Below, in pieces: positions 24,425 through 39,050 of a stretch of DNA of 64,000 nt. This DNA comes from Octopus sinensis (lineage: Eukaryota), in NCBI RefSeq assembly GCF_006345805.1, contig NC_043001.1:84568001-84632000 (forward strand), given 5' to 3'. The translations under genes were made by a program, and so were the position numbers. Position 1 is the first letter of the stretch. Each line of letters opens with the position of its first letter. Under the pieces are notes generated by a model. The model saw only the letters and a list, made by a program, of their open reading frames with translations, did no database searches and was not told the DNA's origin.

Positions 24425-25781
24425 TTGGAGATCACTCCCTATGCAGAACTTATATGCTTAGCATAACAGGGGCCAGTAGGTAGAAGACTCTCAGGTTGGC
24501 TAAGAAAGCATAACAAGAGCCAGCAAGTAGAAGACCATCATGTGACATCTTGAGGCTGGAGTGTATCTGTGTGGCTTTAATTCCATTAGTTGGCTGGATC
24601 CTTTCTGGATGCGGCCAATGATGTCTGCACGTACAAGAAATAATATTCTGTACGTTTTAGAGTATCGATAAGTGTTGGAACCTGGAGTAACTTCTGACCC
24701 TGAAGAGAAGGTCAAGTCGTTATGATGCAGCTCTAGTTATGTCAAAGATGTGCTTTTGACAGACAGAAATTCTCAATGATAGTAAGATTCAATAGCTGAA
24801 GCGATTTGGAGGACCCAAGCTGAGTGTTATTCTTGATTAAAGAGGTATGGTAGGATGATACTTTTTTTCTTTTGATACGAGCAGCGATAGTGTTTTATTG
24901 CTGTTGAATGAAGCAAAACTGAAATATCGTCACTGAATAATGCTTTCAAGGTATCTGTCGACAGAGCTATATTCTTACTTTAGTAAACCTGGGAACTGTG
25001 ACCACTTTCCTTTGTCTCAACAATAATTGCTACATATTGTTTTATTTTGTTTTATCATTTGGAGCTACTTTACTTCGTCTATAGTAGATCACTGGCAATT
25101 GAATCTCAGATTATTGCAAATTTTAGATTGGCTTATTTATAGTTTCTGCCTTAAAAAATTTCTATTCTAAATTATTCTTCATACTCAATTTTACTCATAT
25201 CTTTGACGTGTTGTTCCCCCATGGTAGATATTGTTCTGACTTCGAAAATTTGGTCTTGTTTCATAATTTAATTAATTATGCACCTGATAAATCTATCTTC
25301 TTTCTTTAAATTCTTGATATTTTAAATTTTCTTGCTTATTTTGTGCTCAATACACGTGCTTTCGTTACGCATTCTTCCTTTTAAACAATAGCCTTCAATT
25401 TCTGATATACTTTGGGATTTGGGGATGTATCCTCTTAACTTAGCTACTTTTTTGGAATTTCAACGTTGCATCTCGATCCAGGTGATTTTCCTTCCAAAAT
25501 TCTTACGATTGTATTGTTGTGGTTCAATTTTGATGGTAGAGTATATATGCACATGCTTGTAACATGGAAACATATTTCTCTCTTATACTTTTATGCTGGT
25601 TTTCTTTTATTTGCGAGATGCAACAGCTAAAATCATACCCTTTATTGAGACTGATTATTTTCGGAAAATTATTCAAAATTTGTTTATATCCCTCTCAAGA
25701 CCTTTATTTTGCTATATTCCTCTGATTTTATGCATCAAAACAAACTTGTTTCTGAGCAGAATCGTTTGAGTGTTGTAAATA

Positions 25782-26400
25782 TGGACATGGAGCAACCGCA
25801 TGGACCGTATCTTCATAGAATCTTCACTAGATTATAGGAGGGGTGATAGAATAGGAAGTCCACAGTTTGTGGTCGGCAACATAGACCTCATATTTGTGAT
25901 CTGCACTGTCGATTTTCATAGCACACTCAAACAGTGTCTCGACTGAAATTTGATAGCCTTTTCCCCAGCGCCTTGCATTATTTATTCCGTCTCTTCATGT
26001 GTGGAGTTGAAACCCCGCCAAGTTCAACTTTACTTTTCTTCATTTCGTACTTGATAAAATAAAGTACCAATCTAGTATTGCGATCGATGTTATTGACTAG
26101 TCCCTTCTCCTTGAAATTGCTGCCTGAATTACAAATCATTTGCTCAGAAAAGCCAACTGTTTCGTTAGTAGCGACTTAATTTCCCAAATGTGTAAGTGTG
26201 GACGTGGAGTAACCGCAATAGTTTATCCAGACCACATATTGATAGAGTCTTCATTACATTATCGGAGAGCGATAGAATAGGAAAGCTACAATTTATTGTG
26301 GTCGGCAACGCATACCTTATATTTGTGATCTGTTCAGTTGGTTTTCATAGCATACACAGACAGGGTCTCGACTGAAATTTGAAAACCTTTTTCCCAGCGC
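25782..26400. repeat. Diverged ~190-bp direct repeat pair about 415 bp apart
   Basis: tggacatggagcaaccgca...ttttccccagcgc at 25782-25971 resembles 26198-26400. Confidence 0.6.
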
Positions 26401-26853
26401 AAAAAGATTGCAGAAACTAGATTGGCTAGCTTGACATGCAGAAGTTGTCGCAGTAGGGCATTCTACAAAGGGCGATTAAAACCGAACAGATAGCGTAAGT
26501 CATGAAATATCTAGTACTGTCCCAAAATGTTCCTGTAAATTCCATTAACCTCGTATCTCATGTATTGTCCTTTGTATCTAAGTAGCAACAACTGGTGTAT
26601 AGTTTAAAATTATATAAATCACATTTTCAGATAATAACCAGTATTATGTCAACACCAACACAAACAGCAATAAATTCACTCGGAAGATAAGACTCTGAAA
26701 TTTACAAACGCTAATGGATCTGAGAACTTTACTGTTCGAAATAAAATGTAAATAAAAGAAAATAAAACAAAGACGTAATAAAAATAAAAAGTAAGATATA
26801 ACAAGAACTCAGTCGTGTTTTCAATATACGTAAAAGAAGAATAGCTTCACATA

Positions 26854-26954
<101 letters not shown>

Positions 26955-27173
26955 CTGGACAGACAGACGCAAGTCAAATGGGCTCCACGTAAGTTGGTAA
27001 TTTTGTACGTTCAAAAGTGTATATTGACAAATATTTTGTGTTTAAAAGTTGTGCAACAACATCCACTGCAAACCTTTGATAAATATCTACACAAAATTTT
27101 GCCCCTTGTGGGCAAAATTTTAAAAAAATTCTCATAGCCTTCGTGGTTTCATTTAGCCATTTTATTTTCAAAA

Positions 27174-29164
27174 ATGGCCACTGGTCACCACGATGCTGAG
27201 GTACAAGTCAAGCGTGACGCAGAGACAAAAAAACAGGATGCCCTGTTAGCATACGCTGAACCTGACAACAACACCACCACACCACCATCAGCATCGACAA
27301 CAGCAACAACTATAAAACAAAGGTCGTAAGGCCAAGCACCGTCACCACCATCAACACCGACACCACCACCATAGCAGCTTCTGCTACGACAACTGCTTCC
27401 TCTACCAACAACAACAAAACCAAGGTCACCGACACCCTCCTTGACAACGCTTACGACGTTGAGTTCCCCACACTGCTTTTACCACAATTTCATAAAGCAG
27501 GGGAAATGGGGGAAAACAACACGAACGCAAATGTGAGCATGAACGCTAACATCGCGACCTCCACTCAAAAACTGGTAAACAACCCGACTTCACAGTTTAC
27601 TACTACTACATCACCACCACAAACATCACCACCACCACCACCACCTCCACAAAAAACAATTTCGCGGAAGCCATACGACCGAAAAGAAGAATCTTAAAAT
27701 TTACTCACCAACAAATACAAGACATAAAGTCCTTGCTCACCAAAGAAGGCGACACAATACATTTAAATATTCCACGGAACATCATAGAAGAAACACAAAA
27801 GAAGACCATCATTTACAGAATACTCAACACCAAAACAAAAAGACCAGAAAGCCTACCTAAAGAAAAATTGAAAAGTGCCTCTCTTCCTGTGGAAATTCCG
27901 AAATTATGTGAATTGGGGAAGTAAATTTGCTACCGTGCAAGTTCGCTTCCATACGGAAGAACTAGCAAAAAGTTTTCAACCCTTACTCTGCGCACAGACC
28001 AGGTAACAATGGTACCTAGCTACCTGGGCGCAGAATTACGAAAGTCACAATAAATAATGTGCCGCCAATGGTGAATACCCAGTGGCTGGTATCGGCCATC
28101 TGCTTCGATATAGAAGAAGCAGATATTTTAGAAACAGCTGACATTCCAGAGGAAAGCTGGACTGGTAAAAAACTCGAAATATTGCTTCAAATTTCCCAAG
28201 AAGCAATAAACAATTTACCAGCCTGTGTTCAACTGGCAAAAGACCAAAAATTGTATGTAGTGGTGGAGGGCAGGAGACCAAGATGCTATTTATGCAACAG
28301 TGAGGCACACCTTAGATACGAGTGCCCAACTGCTGTTTCAGAAATAGGCAACAGCAACCACTCCCCAAACCTGGAAGGAAATCCCTGCTACCCACACCTC
28401 CTTCAACCCAAAAGACAGGAAAAGCAGCGGACGATACAAAAACTGTTTCCCCCTCACCAACCACATCACCAAAAAGAAAATTACCTCTGACATCGCAACC
28501 AACAAAAGAAGCAACATCACCACCAACATCAAAAGACAGACCAACACCAACACCAGCACCAAGAACAACAACCAAAAAAACAAATAACAATGACGAAAAG
28601 ACAAATTCTGCCCCTAACACCCCAACAACACAAACACCACACAAAACAACAACACCTTCTACAAACACACATATAGATCCAAACGCATTGCCATTACCCT
28701 CTTCTGATTCGGACTCGTCGTCCAACGACGAAAGTTCGGCGGAATGGTAAATAGCCACAGGGGGTAAAAGGAAAAGACCCAAAAAAAACAAAGAAAACGC
28801 AACCAAAGCAGGGAGATACCTGAACCCTGAAAGCTCCATACACAACCAAACAAGCACCAACGCCACAAAAACACACACAATGCTATCAGCGATAGACACA
28901 AAAGACTCCAAACTAATGGAGTACATCACAGTCTACACAAACATCTGTGAAGATGACTTCAAAACTAACAACCATCCACGCACTACACCACCCAAACACA
29001 TCAAAATACTACACATCACACAAACACAACACCACAAACTCAAAGCCCTCTTCCCAAATGCTGTAGGGGGTTTCCAAAAATATCTCCCCCCAAAACTTTA
29101 TAAAAACCTCCTCCAAGACACATCAAAGAACGAGGAAGCCAAAACTTTCGACACAAGTAAGTAA
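27174..29164 (+). pseudogene. LINE ORF1 (gag-like) pseudogene
   Basis: RCYLCNSEAHLRYEC (CX2CX4HX4C) at ~28284-28325, a Thr/Pro-rich low-complexity tail, and multiple frameshifts and stops. Confidence 0.75.
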
Positions 29165-29214
29165 CTCTCTGTACTTTCCTTTTTGTGTTTTAAAGCACAC
29201 ACCCCAATAGAATC

Positions 29215-32200
29215 ATGGTCGAGATTGGTTGTGTGAATGCGCGTGGCTTGGGGTCTCCTTGGAAACAAGGATACCTCCTAAATGACATCAAGTCACACGA
29301 TTTGGGAATCATAGCCATAAGTGAGACCAGACTCCACGAGCCACGGGCCCTAAATTCCATGTTTGGCGGACAGTTTAATATTTATTTTGCTCCCTGTCTG
29401 CCGAGGATGGGCGGTAGTGGCACCACGGTACTTTTTTACAAGAGCCTGGATCTGGAAGTCAAGACGATATTCGTAGACCCGGAGGGTAGACTGGTCGTTC
29501 TGGATGTCGACGGCAGCAATGGGTGCGCTTTTCGACTCGTATCAGTCTACGCACCGCCTTTAACAGGTCGGCCGGATTTCTTTCGACGTCTAGAAGTATT
29601 CCTGGGAACGTCTCGTCCTTTACTTTTAGTGGGGGATTGGAATGCTACCTTGGACACGCATCTAGACTCTGTGGGGAGAGACAAAAACAGAAGGGGATGC
29701 AAATGCCTCAGAGACCTGCTCAGACGATTTCAACTGTCTGACAGGTACCGACTCGACCACCCAAATGCACCAACATGGACATGGAGCAACCGCAGTGGGT
29801 CGTCGAGATCGTATCTAGATAGGATACTGTGTAGGACAGTAGACAAGGATAACTTAGGATGTCCACAATTCCATACAGTCGTCTACACGGATCACAAATT
29901 CGTGACGTGTACGCTAGACTTAGATAAGGCACATAGACAGGGTCCTGGTTACTGGAAACTGAATGCATCATTCCCGTACAGACAAGTTTTCAGAGACAGA
30001 ATCAACACGTTAGTAAAAAGGGCTTTAACGGGAGTCATTGTCAACAACAAATGGTGGTTCGCCCTCAAGAGAGCAGTAAAAGCGGAAGCAATAAGATATA
30101 GCAAGGCACTAGCCGTAGATAGAAGTAGAGTAGAGGGTGAGTTAGTTAAGAAGTTAGAAGAGGCAATAAGAAGCGGCATCACACCCGACGTTTTGGCAGC
30201 AAGGTTGGCCCTTGACCAACACTTCAACGCCAAACACGAAGGGTGTGCTGTCAGGGCTAGGATGCGGGCTCTAAGGATGGAAGGTGTTGGAGCCGTGAGG
30301 GAGGCCCGGGTGGCGGAGGCGCAACAGGGCAACAAAGCCACCATTCGGTCTCTGGTAGATTAACAAGGGCGCGAATTGCTCGAGCCCAGCAAGATGTGCG
30401 AGGCATTTCAGCGGCACTTTGCCCGACTGTACGGGACGAGTGGTGAGCGTGAACGCAGGGTGGACTTCAGTGCCTACCTGCACAGCCTACCACGACTCTC
30501 GGCAAGAGAGGCAGAGTGCTGCGAAGGTGCCATCACGGCGGCGGATGTGCAGGACGCGATGGCAGAATGCTCGAGAGACAAATCGCCGGGTTTGGATGGT
30601 CTGCCCTACGAGTTTTACAATTGTATGCCAGACTTGTTTGGAGACGTCTTGGCAGCGGTATACTGCACCAATCACTCTGCTCAATGTAGACCTGAAAATT
30701 TTGACAAAGGTGTTAGTCAAGAGGTTGGCGCTTGTCATCGAGAAACTGGTCGATAACGCACAAACGTGCGCCGTGCCGGGCCGGAGCATCCATGACAACC
30801 TCCATCTGATGCGCTACATCATAGACAGGGTAGTTAACGAACCTGGCATGGGTGGGGCCCTGATCAACTTGTATCAATCGAAAGCCTTCGATAGGGTAGA
30901 CCATCGATACTTGGAGGCAGTCCTGAGAGCGGCTGGTTTCGGTCCCGTCTTCCGCGGCTGGATAGCTGCCTTGTACAGAGGTGTCCGTTCGGTAATTCGC
31001 GTAAATGGACATCTATCGAGACCTTTCGACATTGCACGTTCGGTCCGTCAGGGATGCCCCCTCTCGGCGCTTCTATACGTATTGACTTGAGCCACTACTG
31101 CGGAAGCTGGCGACTCTGAGGGGCATCCCGCGAGAATTGGGATGCGGGACGAGCGTGTCTGCATACGCGGACGACGCCACCGTCATAGTGTCAAGCCACG
31201 AGCACGAAGACTACGAAGCGGTGACAGGAGCAAAAATCAACCGGGAAAAGTCAGTGGGCTTGCGGCTAGGCACCTGGAGAAGCAAGCCCATGCCGTCCAC
31301 CAGTACCTCCGTCGTGGGACGCTGGACAGACGGCCAGGTTGAGTTGCTCGGGGTCTGGTTCGGTCCGGACCTCCAAATGGAGAAGAACTGGAACGAGATA
31401 ACGAGTAGGGTGGTCACTCTCGCCCAGCAATGGGCCGAGAGGAAACTGTCCCTAAAAGGTCGGGCGGAGGTGGCGAACGCGTACATCGCGTCCATCATCT
31501 ACTACCGCCTGACCGTCGTGCCTTGTCCCGACCCTACCATCACCAAACTAGAACGCATCCTCTTCCGCTTCTTGTGGAAAGGATGCGTCCCGATGGTCAG
31601 GCGATCCATTTGCTGTCAACACCCGTTAAAAGGAGGGCTGGGCATGCCGTGGTTGATGATGCGCAGGCACGCGCTGAGACTGCGACATCTCCGGCTCTAT
31701 GTAGACGACGGTAAACAGGTGTGGTCGCCGTTTGTGAGGCACGCATTCCCGCAACTCGTCTCCATGACCGAACTGCAGTCGTGGATCAAAAAGAGGCCGA
31801 GGAAGGGCGAATGGCACCGCGAGTGTCGCGTTGCTCTCAAGCAACTCTGCCGTCCCGGGTCGACCTTGAGTGACTTCAACACAACCAAAGCATTCTATAG
31901 GGGATTAGCGGAGGGGAGGTACGACGACGATCGCGGGGCGAACCTGGGCGTCGACGAGGAATACCTGACCCGCCTGTTTCAAACGACTTTCGGCCCGGGA
32001 CCTATGGACAACTTTCAGAGATCCCTGGCCTGGCAGTGCTACCGAGAAGCGCTACTCGTTCGGGATAAGCTCTATAGGCATGGCTCGAGAAACACGGGGC
32101 CGACCTGCCCGAGATGCGGGCAGAGCGACGAAACCGCTCTGCACGCAATCGTGCAGTGTCCAGCAATTTCCCACCTGTGGGCTTATGTCGAACGACTGCT

Positions 32201-32525
32201 GTCACGTGTGGGACGTGTCGGTTTATCAGCCGAGTCTATCGTTAATATCGTCACGCCTCCTTCCTTCAAACGGGAAGGAAGAGCTATTTTTATCATACTT
32301 GTGGCTATGGCGAAAGAATGTATCTGGTGGACGCGCCTGAAAGGATTAGAGACAAACACTTTCCTCTCTGGTCAATCTCTCATCAACTTCTTCAAGTATC
32401 ACTTGAAGAGGAAAGTGAGAGTAGAGAGGCAAGTTTTGTCTAGTGAATGTTTTAAAAAAAGATGGGTGAATGTAGCAAGGATGGCACGTATGAATGACGA
32501 AGCCACCTTGACTATGATTCTATGA
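29215..32525 (+). pseudogene. LINE ORF2 (APE endonuclease, reverse transcriptase, C-terminal Zn finger), disrupted
   Basis: NARGL, SETRL, YAP, GDWNA, YLDRI, TDHK, KSPGLDG, KAFDRVDH, VRQGCPLS, AYADD and CPRC..ETALHAIVQC motifs. Stops at 30361 and 31088, and an internal deletion or frameshift near 30665. Confidence 0.93.
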
Positions 32526-32917
32526 ACCGTAAAAAGTAATACAGAGAGTTGCTTATTTGCAAAAAAAAAATAAAAGAAAGAAATATAACATGTGACTTCA
32601 TTGACCGAGGTTACCGTGGTCTTTTCCGTAGGCTTTTCTTTCCACGGGTAAACCTCACCTGTCCTCCCCTTTACACTTCATATTGACATTTCTGTGATTA
32701 CGATCCCTATTGATCAACTTTTTTTCCTCTCCCCTTTTCTTTTTTTTCCTCTCCCCCACCTTTTTTTTTAAATCCTCCCCTTTTTTTGTCCTCTTTCTTT
32801 CCTTTTACGATCCCTTTTGATCGAAAACCGCCCCCCCTTTTTTTACCCCCAAAAGAAAAGCTCTACCTTGTAATTTGTTCTGTCTGTGTGCAGCCCTGTG
32901 TGGCTAATAAAGAAACA

Positions 32918-32990
<73 letters not shown>

Positions 32991-33629
32991 GTGTGTGTGT
33001 GTGTGTGTGTGTCTGTGCTGTCTATTTGTTTATCAATCTCGAGTTTTATGTATTTTTATATATACACATAATATATCGGTGCACACGCGCAACGAGTTTT
33101 CGTGTTTTTTTTTATTTTTGCATCTCACATACATACATACATACATACATACATACATACATACATACATACATACATACACCCGCGTGCACACACACAT
33201 ATACATACATAATTACAATTATAGGTCCAAACCAGTGCGTGTGATGTGCGTGTATTGTTTGCGTGTTTGTGCATGGGTACATATAACTGTGTGTGAGTAT
33301 ATACTAGACATATTTCTCATCGTCAGTTTCTCCGCCGTATTATGACTGATAAGAACTATGACGTACATTGTAAGTTCAAATCCTGCTGTGGTGTGCCTTG
33401 CTTTTTTAAACCTTTCAAAATTTATAAAATACACTATAACTGGTCCTACGGTTCAATGGTAACGAATACATCTATACTCTTCACTCTTTTACTCTTTTAC
33501 TTGTTTCAGCCATTTGACTGTGGCCATGATGGAGCACCGCCTTTCATCGAGCAAATCGACCACAGGACTTATTCTTTGTAAGCCTAGTACTTATTCTATC
33601 GGTCTCACAAACATACACACATACATATG

Positions 33630-33660
<31 letters not shown>

Positions 33661-33705
33661 ATATATATATATATATATATACATACATATACATACATAT
33701 ATATA

Positions 33706-33832
<127 letters not shown>

Positions 33833-35139
33833 GTGAAATTGCTGTGAAATTGGAAACAAACAGAAATGCTGCTGCAAGCCAAAACATTTCTCCTATAAGT
33901 GACTGAGAATCCCGTAAAGATTAGTATTGATATAACCTTTACACTGAGCCATACACTGTAATACTATATTTGGTTGGCGTCAAACGAATTTAAAATGGAG
34001 TCTGCAGAACATTATTTCACAAATGAAAATATACAGACAAAAAAAAAATGCTATGAGCTGTAATGGAATTCAAGTAGGTGGTGAAAAGTCGGTGGTGACA
34101 ATATCCTGACTTTAAGGATGTCGCGAAAGGTCTGGTTGGAGACCTAGCCTTCCGAGATCTCTCACAGGGCTTAGAAAAACTGAATGACCATTGCCATAAT
34201 TGTGTGAATCTGATAGGGAAATATGTTAAATAGAATCATAATTAACTGATCCTCATGTATTTTCTTTTACCCAAAGCCAAGGACATATCCGAACTCCCTC
34301 GAACTGATGGTTCAGACTTTCTTATAATGGACACTAATTTATGCTTAGTGCAGTTACCTGTATTTCATTTAACTTTCATATTTTTAATTTAGAGAGTGTT
34401 GACTCATATCAAGAACCCTGGTACGAAAAATATCAATTACCAAGGAGAGCTTTTGGACCGAATGTTCCCGATAGTCAATAAAGTACCCATAATAATTCAA
34501 CAAGACAAAGGGAGATAACTATATACTGGAAATTTAAAAAATAAATAAACGTTAGGCAATCAAATCACTGGTAGAATCCATTCAGAGGACTCACACAAAA
34601 TTTTCGTCACCCTTTTCCCTGATCATATTGTATTTGAGATAATTTAGGATCATGGTGGGTAACACAGTTTTTATGTTCCTGTTGGTGTTATCCGTTCACA
34701 ATTTTCTAACGGAGAGTATACCTCTTTTACTGATATAGTGAACCTATTATGTTTTCCACGTTTTTCACTGTCGTGAATATGATTTGAAGGAGATTTTGGC
34801 TGCTATTTTTGCACATTCAGAGACCACATATAAATTGGTGCAGCATAATATAAAACAGTTGATCGTGATGACGAACCGATCATATTTCCAATATACAACA
34901 CTTTAACCATAAAAAAATATTTCAAGGGAGACAATTCTCATAAACAAAACAAAGAGTTATTTCCCGTATATCATACGTAAACTAAAGTAAAAAGACGGAA
35001 GCGAGTGAGTCGAATTTGCATTGATCAACTAAGATGACTTGTAATTTTTCTTGTGTAATCTCACTTGCTTTTAAATTTAAGAATGCAACCTTATCTTTAA
35101 TCTCAGATATCTATATACACATACGCGTGTATGTATGTA

Positions 35140-35355
35140 TATGTGAATGTGTGACCGCGTTGTACCGTTGGCGATTTTTTTCCCTCTGTCTTCCCTTATC
35201 TGGATCTTTCCTTCTCCTATGTCTCCGACGAAGAGCTCCACTCGAAACGTTATAACCTCCTTCTTTCCTTCTTTTCTGACCGTCCAATAATACTATATTT
35301 GTTCCACATCCTCGCGTTGTTGTGTTTTTTGGTGCTTTCATGTTTGGATTAACTT
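35140..35355 (+). mobile_element. Short pLTR-like element with HHR variant (CCGACGA core) at 35221-35255
   Basis: gtct-CCGACGA-agagctccactc-GAAACGTT. Homologous to 15170-15375. Confidence 0.7.
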
Positions 35356-35379
35356 TATGTATGTATGTATGTATGTATG

Positions 35380-35410
<31 letters not shown>

Positions 35411-35648
35411 GTCTTCAGTTTATTTCAAGATTTCTTGTCATTAGAGAAAGAACCCAGTGTTTATGCATAAGCAAACTTTAGGTTAATTAAAATGTTTGTG
35501 CCATATTTCAAGTGCTGAAAGGCAAATTCACTGAAGCTACTGTGAACTTGACTTCTAGAAGTTGAAATATGACGTGTGTGTGTGTATACACACACGCAAA
35601 AACACATACATACACACATGCATATATGTATATAAGTGTGCGTGTGTT

Positions 35649-35725
<77 letters not shown>

Positions 35726-36036
35726 TTACCTGTATATCTTTCTCCATTTCTCATCTCTCTCCTTCCCTTCTCACTCTCCCTCTCCCTCTTTCTCTTTATA
35801 TATATATATATATATATACATATATATGACGTAACTTTGTGGTAAGAAGCTTTTTCCCGACCATATAGTTCCGGGTTCAGTCCTACTGCGTAGCACCTTG
35901 GTCAAGTGCCTTCTACTATAGCCTCGGGCTGACCAAAGCCTTGTGAGTGGATTTGGAGGATGGAAACTGAAAAAATGCCGTCGTATATATGTGTGTGTAC
36001 ATGTGCGTATGTATACGTAAGTATATTATATATACA

Positions 36037-36089
<53 letters not shown>

Positions 36090-36960
36090 GCCGGTGTTGG
36101 CGTATTCATGTACCCGTAAGCTAGCGCTTCATAAGCAAAGACCGATAGAATAGGTACTAGGCTTTAAAACATTAAGCCTTGTGGTCTACTTGTTCGACTA
36201 GAAGCCCTCAAGGTGGTACTCCAGTATGGCCGCAATCAAATGTCTACTATAAGCAAAAAAATAAAAGGCAAATTATACATATATATACGTGTGTGTGTGT
36301 GTTTGTGTGTGTTTGTGTGTGTATTGCATATCATATCATACATTCACTCATTCACATATCATACAATCATCTAACTTGTTTCAGTCATTTGACTGCGGCA
36401 GTACTGGGGCACCACCCAAAGGGTTCTTAGTCGAAGAAATCAAACTCAGAACTTAATCTTTGTAAGCCTAGTACTCGCTCTCTTTTGCTGAACTGCTAAG
36501 TTATAGGGACATAAACTCTCACCAACATCGGTTGTCATGCGATGGTGCGAGGCAAACACAGACACACACACACACACACACACACATAAACATATACATA
36601 CATATATAAACCTGCAACCCTTGCAGAGGTAAGACATAGATTCCTATCTTGCCTGTATTTATTTAATGATTCTTCTCTGGCTTCGGGATTTTTAACTCCT
36701 ATCTTTAGCAAAGCGGGTGCTCATTAGTACCCAGTTATATTATATTCTTTTACGTATTTCAGCCATTTGACTGCAACCATGCTGGAGCACCGCCTTTAGT
36801 CGACAAATCGACCCCAGGACTTATTCTTTGTAAGTCTAGTACATATTTTCTCGGTTCTTTGTCGAACCGCTACTTCAGAAGGACGTAAACACACCAGCAT
36901 CGGTTGTCAAGCGATGGTGGGTCAACACAGACGCACAAACATACACACACATATACATAC

Positions 36961-37044
<84 letters not shown>

Positions 37045-37885
37045 ATAAACATACATACATACACACAAACATACATATATATATATACAAATCTAATCAG
37101 AAGGTTTCAGTCGACCAGCGGCTCTAGTAAAAGACACTCACCCAAGGTGCCATTCAGTGGGAATGAACTCGTGACCATGTGGCAGGGAAGTAATCTTCTT
37201 ACCATACAGTTACGCCTGCACCCTTATCATCATCACTGTTTTACGACCGTTTTACATGGTGGCATTGACTCGTCATTTTATGGGACTGAGTACATAACAG
37301 GGACTTACTCTTCGTTACATGTTTTAGTTAGTAAGAAAGGCCCATTTATTCAAGACGTTTTTAAGCTGATGGTGGGGAGATTAGGAGCTATGATTATGCA
37401 GGATACCTGGCCCTAGTGCTTCCAGTGCAGCAGGGCTTGATAAAGATATTCTTGATGGTACCGCCAAGCAAAATAATGGACTGATGTAGTGGCAGAAACG
37501 TGAATTTGAGAAAAGGCGCCGAGCTGGCAGAAACGTTAGCACGCTGGGTGAATTGCTTAGCGGTATTTCGTCTGCCGCTACGTTCTGAGTTCAAATTCCG
37601 CCGAGGTCGACTTTGCCTTTGATCCTTTCGGGGTCGATTAAATAAGTACTAGTGAACTGATAAACACAAGCACAAAGACATGCGCGCGCTCGCGCACACA
37701 CGCACGCACACACATTACATACACAACCACCCACGCACACAAACGCATATATTAAGAAGCTTCCTTTCCAACCACATTATTCCTGGTTCAATCCCTCTGC
37801 GTGACACCTTGGGCAAGTGTCTTCTACTATAGCCTTGGACCGACCAAAATCTTGTGAGTGGATTTTGTAGACGGAAATTGGATCT

Positions 37886-37944
<59 letters not shown>

Positions 37945-37951
37945 GTATATC

Positions 37952-38606
37952 TCAGATCATCCCATAAGTTCTGTCCGAATTTTGAATAAAGAAAACAAGT
38001 GACTAAATGTTATATTTAATTGAAATATAATCATCAATGTATTTTCCCTGATTATCTATGACTTCCTTTCATCTATGTACAAGCTTTTTAATCCCAACTC
38101 TTTTGGTTTGAAAGCGAAGCCTCCTGGCTGGCGAAAGTTATGTCCCCCAAATGATTTTGTAAACTACGACGCAAATGGTAGTCTGAAGGAGCAAGGTCGG
38201 GAGAATAAGGTGGATGAGGAATTCTTTCCCAACCAAGCTCTTCGATCTTCTCTGATGTGATCTTTGTAGTGTGGTGTTGCGCATTGTTCTGATGAAACAA
38301 CACTCCTTTTCGATTCACTAAAGAGGGTCTTTTTTACATCAAAGCTTGGTTCAAACGCTCTAATTGCTGACAGTAGACTTGAGCATTGATTGTTGCATTA
38401 GGTGGTAGCAATTCAAAGTGAATTACTCCTTTGCTATCCCACCAGATAGAGAAAAGAATATGTTTTCCATGAAGTTCCCTTGTCGGTTGTGGTTGAGCTT
38501 TTTCCCTTTTACCAAGCACTGTTTACGACGTTTAACATTTCGATAGGAGATCCATTTTTCGCCACCAGTCACAAGTCTATCCAAAAAGGGTGAAATGAGT
38601 TTGCCG
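37952..38606 (-). mobile_element. Mariner relic (catalytic half plus one TIR)
   Basis: FLDRLVTGGEKW, IWWDSKGVIHFELL, FHQNNAQHH and PHPPYSPDLAPSDYHL motifs. Confidence 0.85.
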
Positions 38607-39050
38607 ATATAGACCATTGCTTGGTGGGAGCGTGGTGTTATAACACGGCATTTGTAGACTACCATTTTACATAGACTGACGCTCCCAAAAGGGCATTGTT
38701 GAGAAACTCGACAACTGCAAGTTGTCCTGCCTGATCTGCGGTTGGAGTTTACTGCTGGGGAGGTCAAACTCTGTTGGTCCATCATTAGTGAGGAGAACAC
38801 GAAGTGCAATCTGTGTATTGGATTGGGAGGTGGTATCAATGCTAGTATATGTTGTCAGGTGGGTAGAATTGTGGAAAGATGCCTTGAGTTTCGTATTGTT
38901 TAATCGAGGTAGTTTACTGAGGGTTGCTACTAGGTGGATTAATTTGGGGGTGCTTATAAAGAACGAGTCCTGCGGTCAATTTCTTCAATTAAAAAATCCT
39001 GGCGTCTTATTTTGATTATATCGTAACTTTTGTAAATTTTCATAAGAACT
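38607..39050 (-). pseudogene. Second-lineage PLE fragment (Naiad-like Zn-linker and start of GIY-YIG)
   Basis: TTCSCRVSQQCPFGSVSLCKMVVYKCRV...MVYIG resembles CNCRxxxxCPLxGxC..VVYxCxV..YIG. Confidence 0.65.

Larger units (their letters stand above)
27130..32916 (+). mobile_element. Near full-length Tx1/L1-clade non-LTR retrotransposon, decayed
   Basis: ORF1 with a CCHC knuckle, ORF2 with APE, RT and Zn-finger, and a 3' UTR ending gctAATAAAgaaa directly into (TATC)n. The 5' boundary is approximate. Confidence 0.9.

Noticed and set aside
33300-33332. Minus-strand CTGACGA-tga-GAAATATGTC
   Set aside because: Helix II is missing and stem I is unpaired, so it is at most a remnant.
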